A stretch of 64,000 nt of DNA from Tagaea sp. GTDB taxonomy: Bacteria > Pseudomonadota > Alphaproteobacteria > CACIAM-22H2. The position numbers and the translations under genes are program-made. The stretch lies in NCBI GenBank assembly GCA_965279525.1, contig CBDIIB010000004.1:704001-768000 (forward strand), read 5' to 3'. The notes beneath the pieces are model-generated. The model was not told the origin of the DNA. It did no database searches and saw nothing but the letters and a program-made list of their open reading frames with translations. Shown piece by piece: positions 63,082 to 64,000 of this stretch (its first letter is position 1; each line of letters starts with the position of its first letter).

Positions 63082-64000
63082 TTAGGCCTTCTCGATGCGG
63101 CACAAGGTGGTTTTGGTTTCCTGCATCTGGGTCACCGGGTCGTAGCCGTAGGTGGTGATGGTGTTCACCGCCTCGCCGAGCACGATCGGATCTGTCCCTT
63201 GCGGATAGGACGAACGCATGTCCTTGCCCATCCAGTGGCCGGCGAAGTGGAACGGCATCCATGCCACGCCGCGGCCCACGCGTTCGGTCACCAGCGCCTT
63301 GACCTTGATCCGGGCGTTGTTCTCCGGACCGAAGACCCAGACGTCGTCGTTGTTCTTGGCGCCGATCCGGGTGGCGTCGGTCGGATTGATCTCGACGAAC
63401 ATCTGCTGCTGCAGTTCGGCGAGCCACTTGTTGGATCGGGTCTCGTCGCCGCCGCCCTCGTACTCGACCAAGCGCCCCGACGTCAGGACGATCGGGAACT
63501 GCTTGGAAACGTCGCGGTCCTGGATCGTCTTGAACAGCGTCGGCACGCGGTGGAGCATCCGGTCGGTGTAGGTCGGATACTTGGCGACCAACTGGCGGTC
63601 CGGCGAATAGAGCGGTTCGCGATGCGTCGGGACCGGGTCCGGGAAGTTCCAGACATTCGCCCGGGCGCGCGCGTTGCCCTTGGGATCGCAGCCGTGGAGG
63701 ATCGCCACGCGGATGACTCCGCCCGAGGTGTCGAAGTTCCAGGAGACGTTGTCGGCGTTGCCGGCAAACACCATCCGCCCGATGTCCTCGATTTCCGTGC
63801 GCTCCGCTTCCGTCAGGTCCTTGTCCCAGCCGAGGCGCTTGAGCATGCCATAGCTGAAGGCCGGGTGGCCGTCCTTGATCTCCGAACCCTGTGCCGCGAC
63901 GCCGTCGGCGAGAAGGCTCACGCCCTCGCGTTCGGCACCGAAGAGGACGCGGAAATTGCCGCCGCCCTTGGCGACCGGGATCGACTGGTCATAGAGGACG
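63082..64000 (-). CDS. formate dehydrogenase alpha (molybdo/tungsto-bisPGD) subunit, C-terminal part truncated by the window edge
   Basis: FPDPVPTHREP, TSGRLVEYEGGGDETRSN, MPFHFAG, YGYDPVTQMQETK. Confidence 0.93.
   Translation of the reverse strand, partial: VLYDQSIPVAKGGGNFRVLFGAEREGVSLLADGVAAQGSEIKDGHPAFSYGMLKRLGWDKDLTEAERTEIEDIGRMVFAGNADNVSWNFDTSGGVIRVAILHGCDPKGNARARANVWNFPDPVPTHREPLYSPDRQLVAKYPTYTDRMLHRVPTLFKTIQDRDVSKQFPIVLTSGRLVEYEGGGDETRSNKWLAELQQQMFVEINPTDATRIGAKNNDDVWVFGPENNARIKVKALVTERVGRGVAWMPFHFAGHWMGKDMRSSYPQGTDPIVLGEAVNTITTYGYDPVTQMQETKTTLCRIEKA

Noticed and set aside
63082-64000. Selenocysteine recoding in FDH alpha
   Set aside because: The catalytic Cys/Sec region lies outside the window and cannot be assessed

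Overview
High-GC window from an alphaproteobacterial chromosome. A Rhodospirillales-like origin is inferred from the ctrA/chpT/cheYBR/fliIJ cluster and the rpoZ-spoT-acpS-lepB-rnc-era block. It is mostly core and metabolic genes: valine catabolism (mmsB, HIB-CoA hydrolase), hemB, a CoA-transferase/ALDH/acylase operon, motB, phoD, an HD-GYP protein, arginyltransferase, a TRAP transporter, bioY, parC, recO, aceA with a RamB/ScfR regulator, the rnc-era operon, folK, smpB, dapA, slt, flagellar and chemotaxis genes, and the 3' part of a formate dehydrogenase operon. I saw no rRNA, tRNA, transposase, integrase or CRISPR array. The most unusual part is 3.1-5.6 kb. (i) Two tandem paralogous secreted, Cys-free beta-repeat proteins carry 'ATAV(A/G)NN' repeats reminiscent of HfaA/HfaD-type amyloid-like anchor proteins. 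Each has its own copy of a 76-bp upstream element with a 27-bp identical dyad core. (ii) Directly downstream is a non-coding cassette: a near-consensus minus-strand sigma70 promoter, a boxA-like element and a phased 11-bp tandem repeat array, all pointing antisense into hemB. Also noted are a che cluster lacking cheA/cheW, three small genes missed or mis-framed by the ORF track, and a ~10.8-kb block separating era from recO. All calls come from reading motifs by eye; no database search was run.
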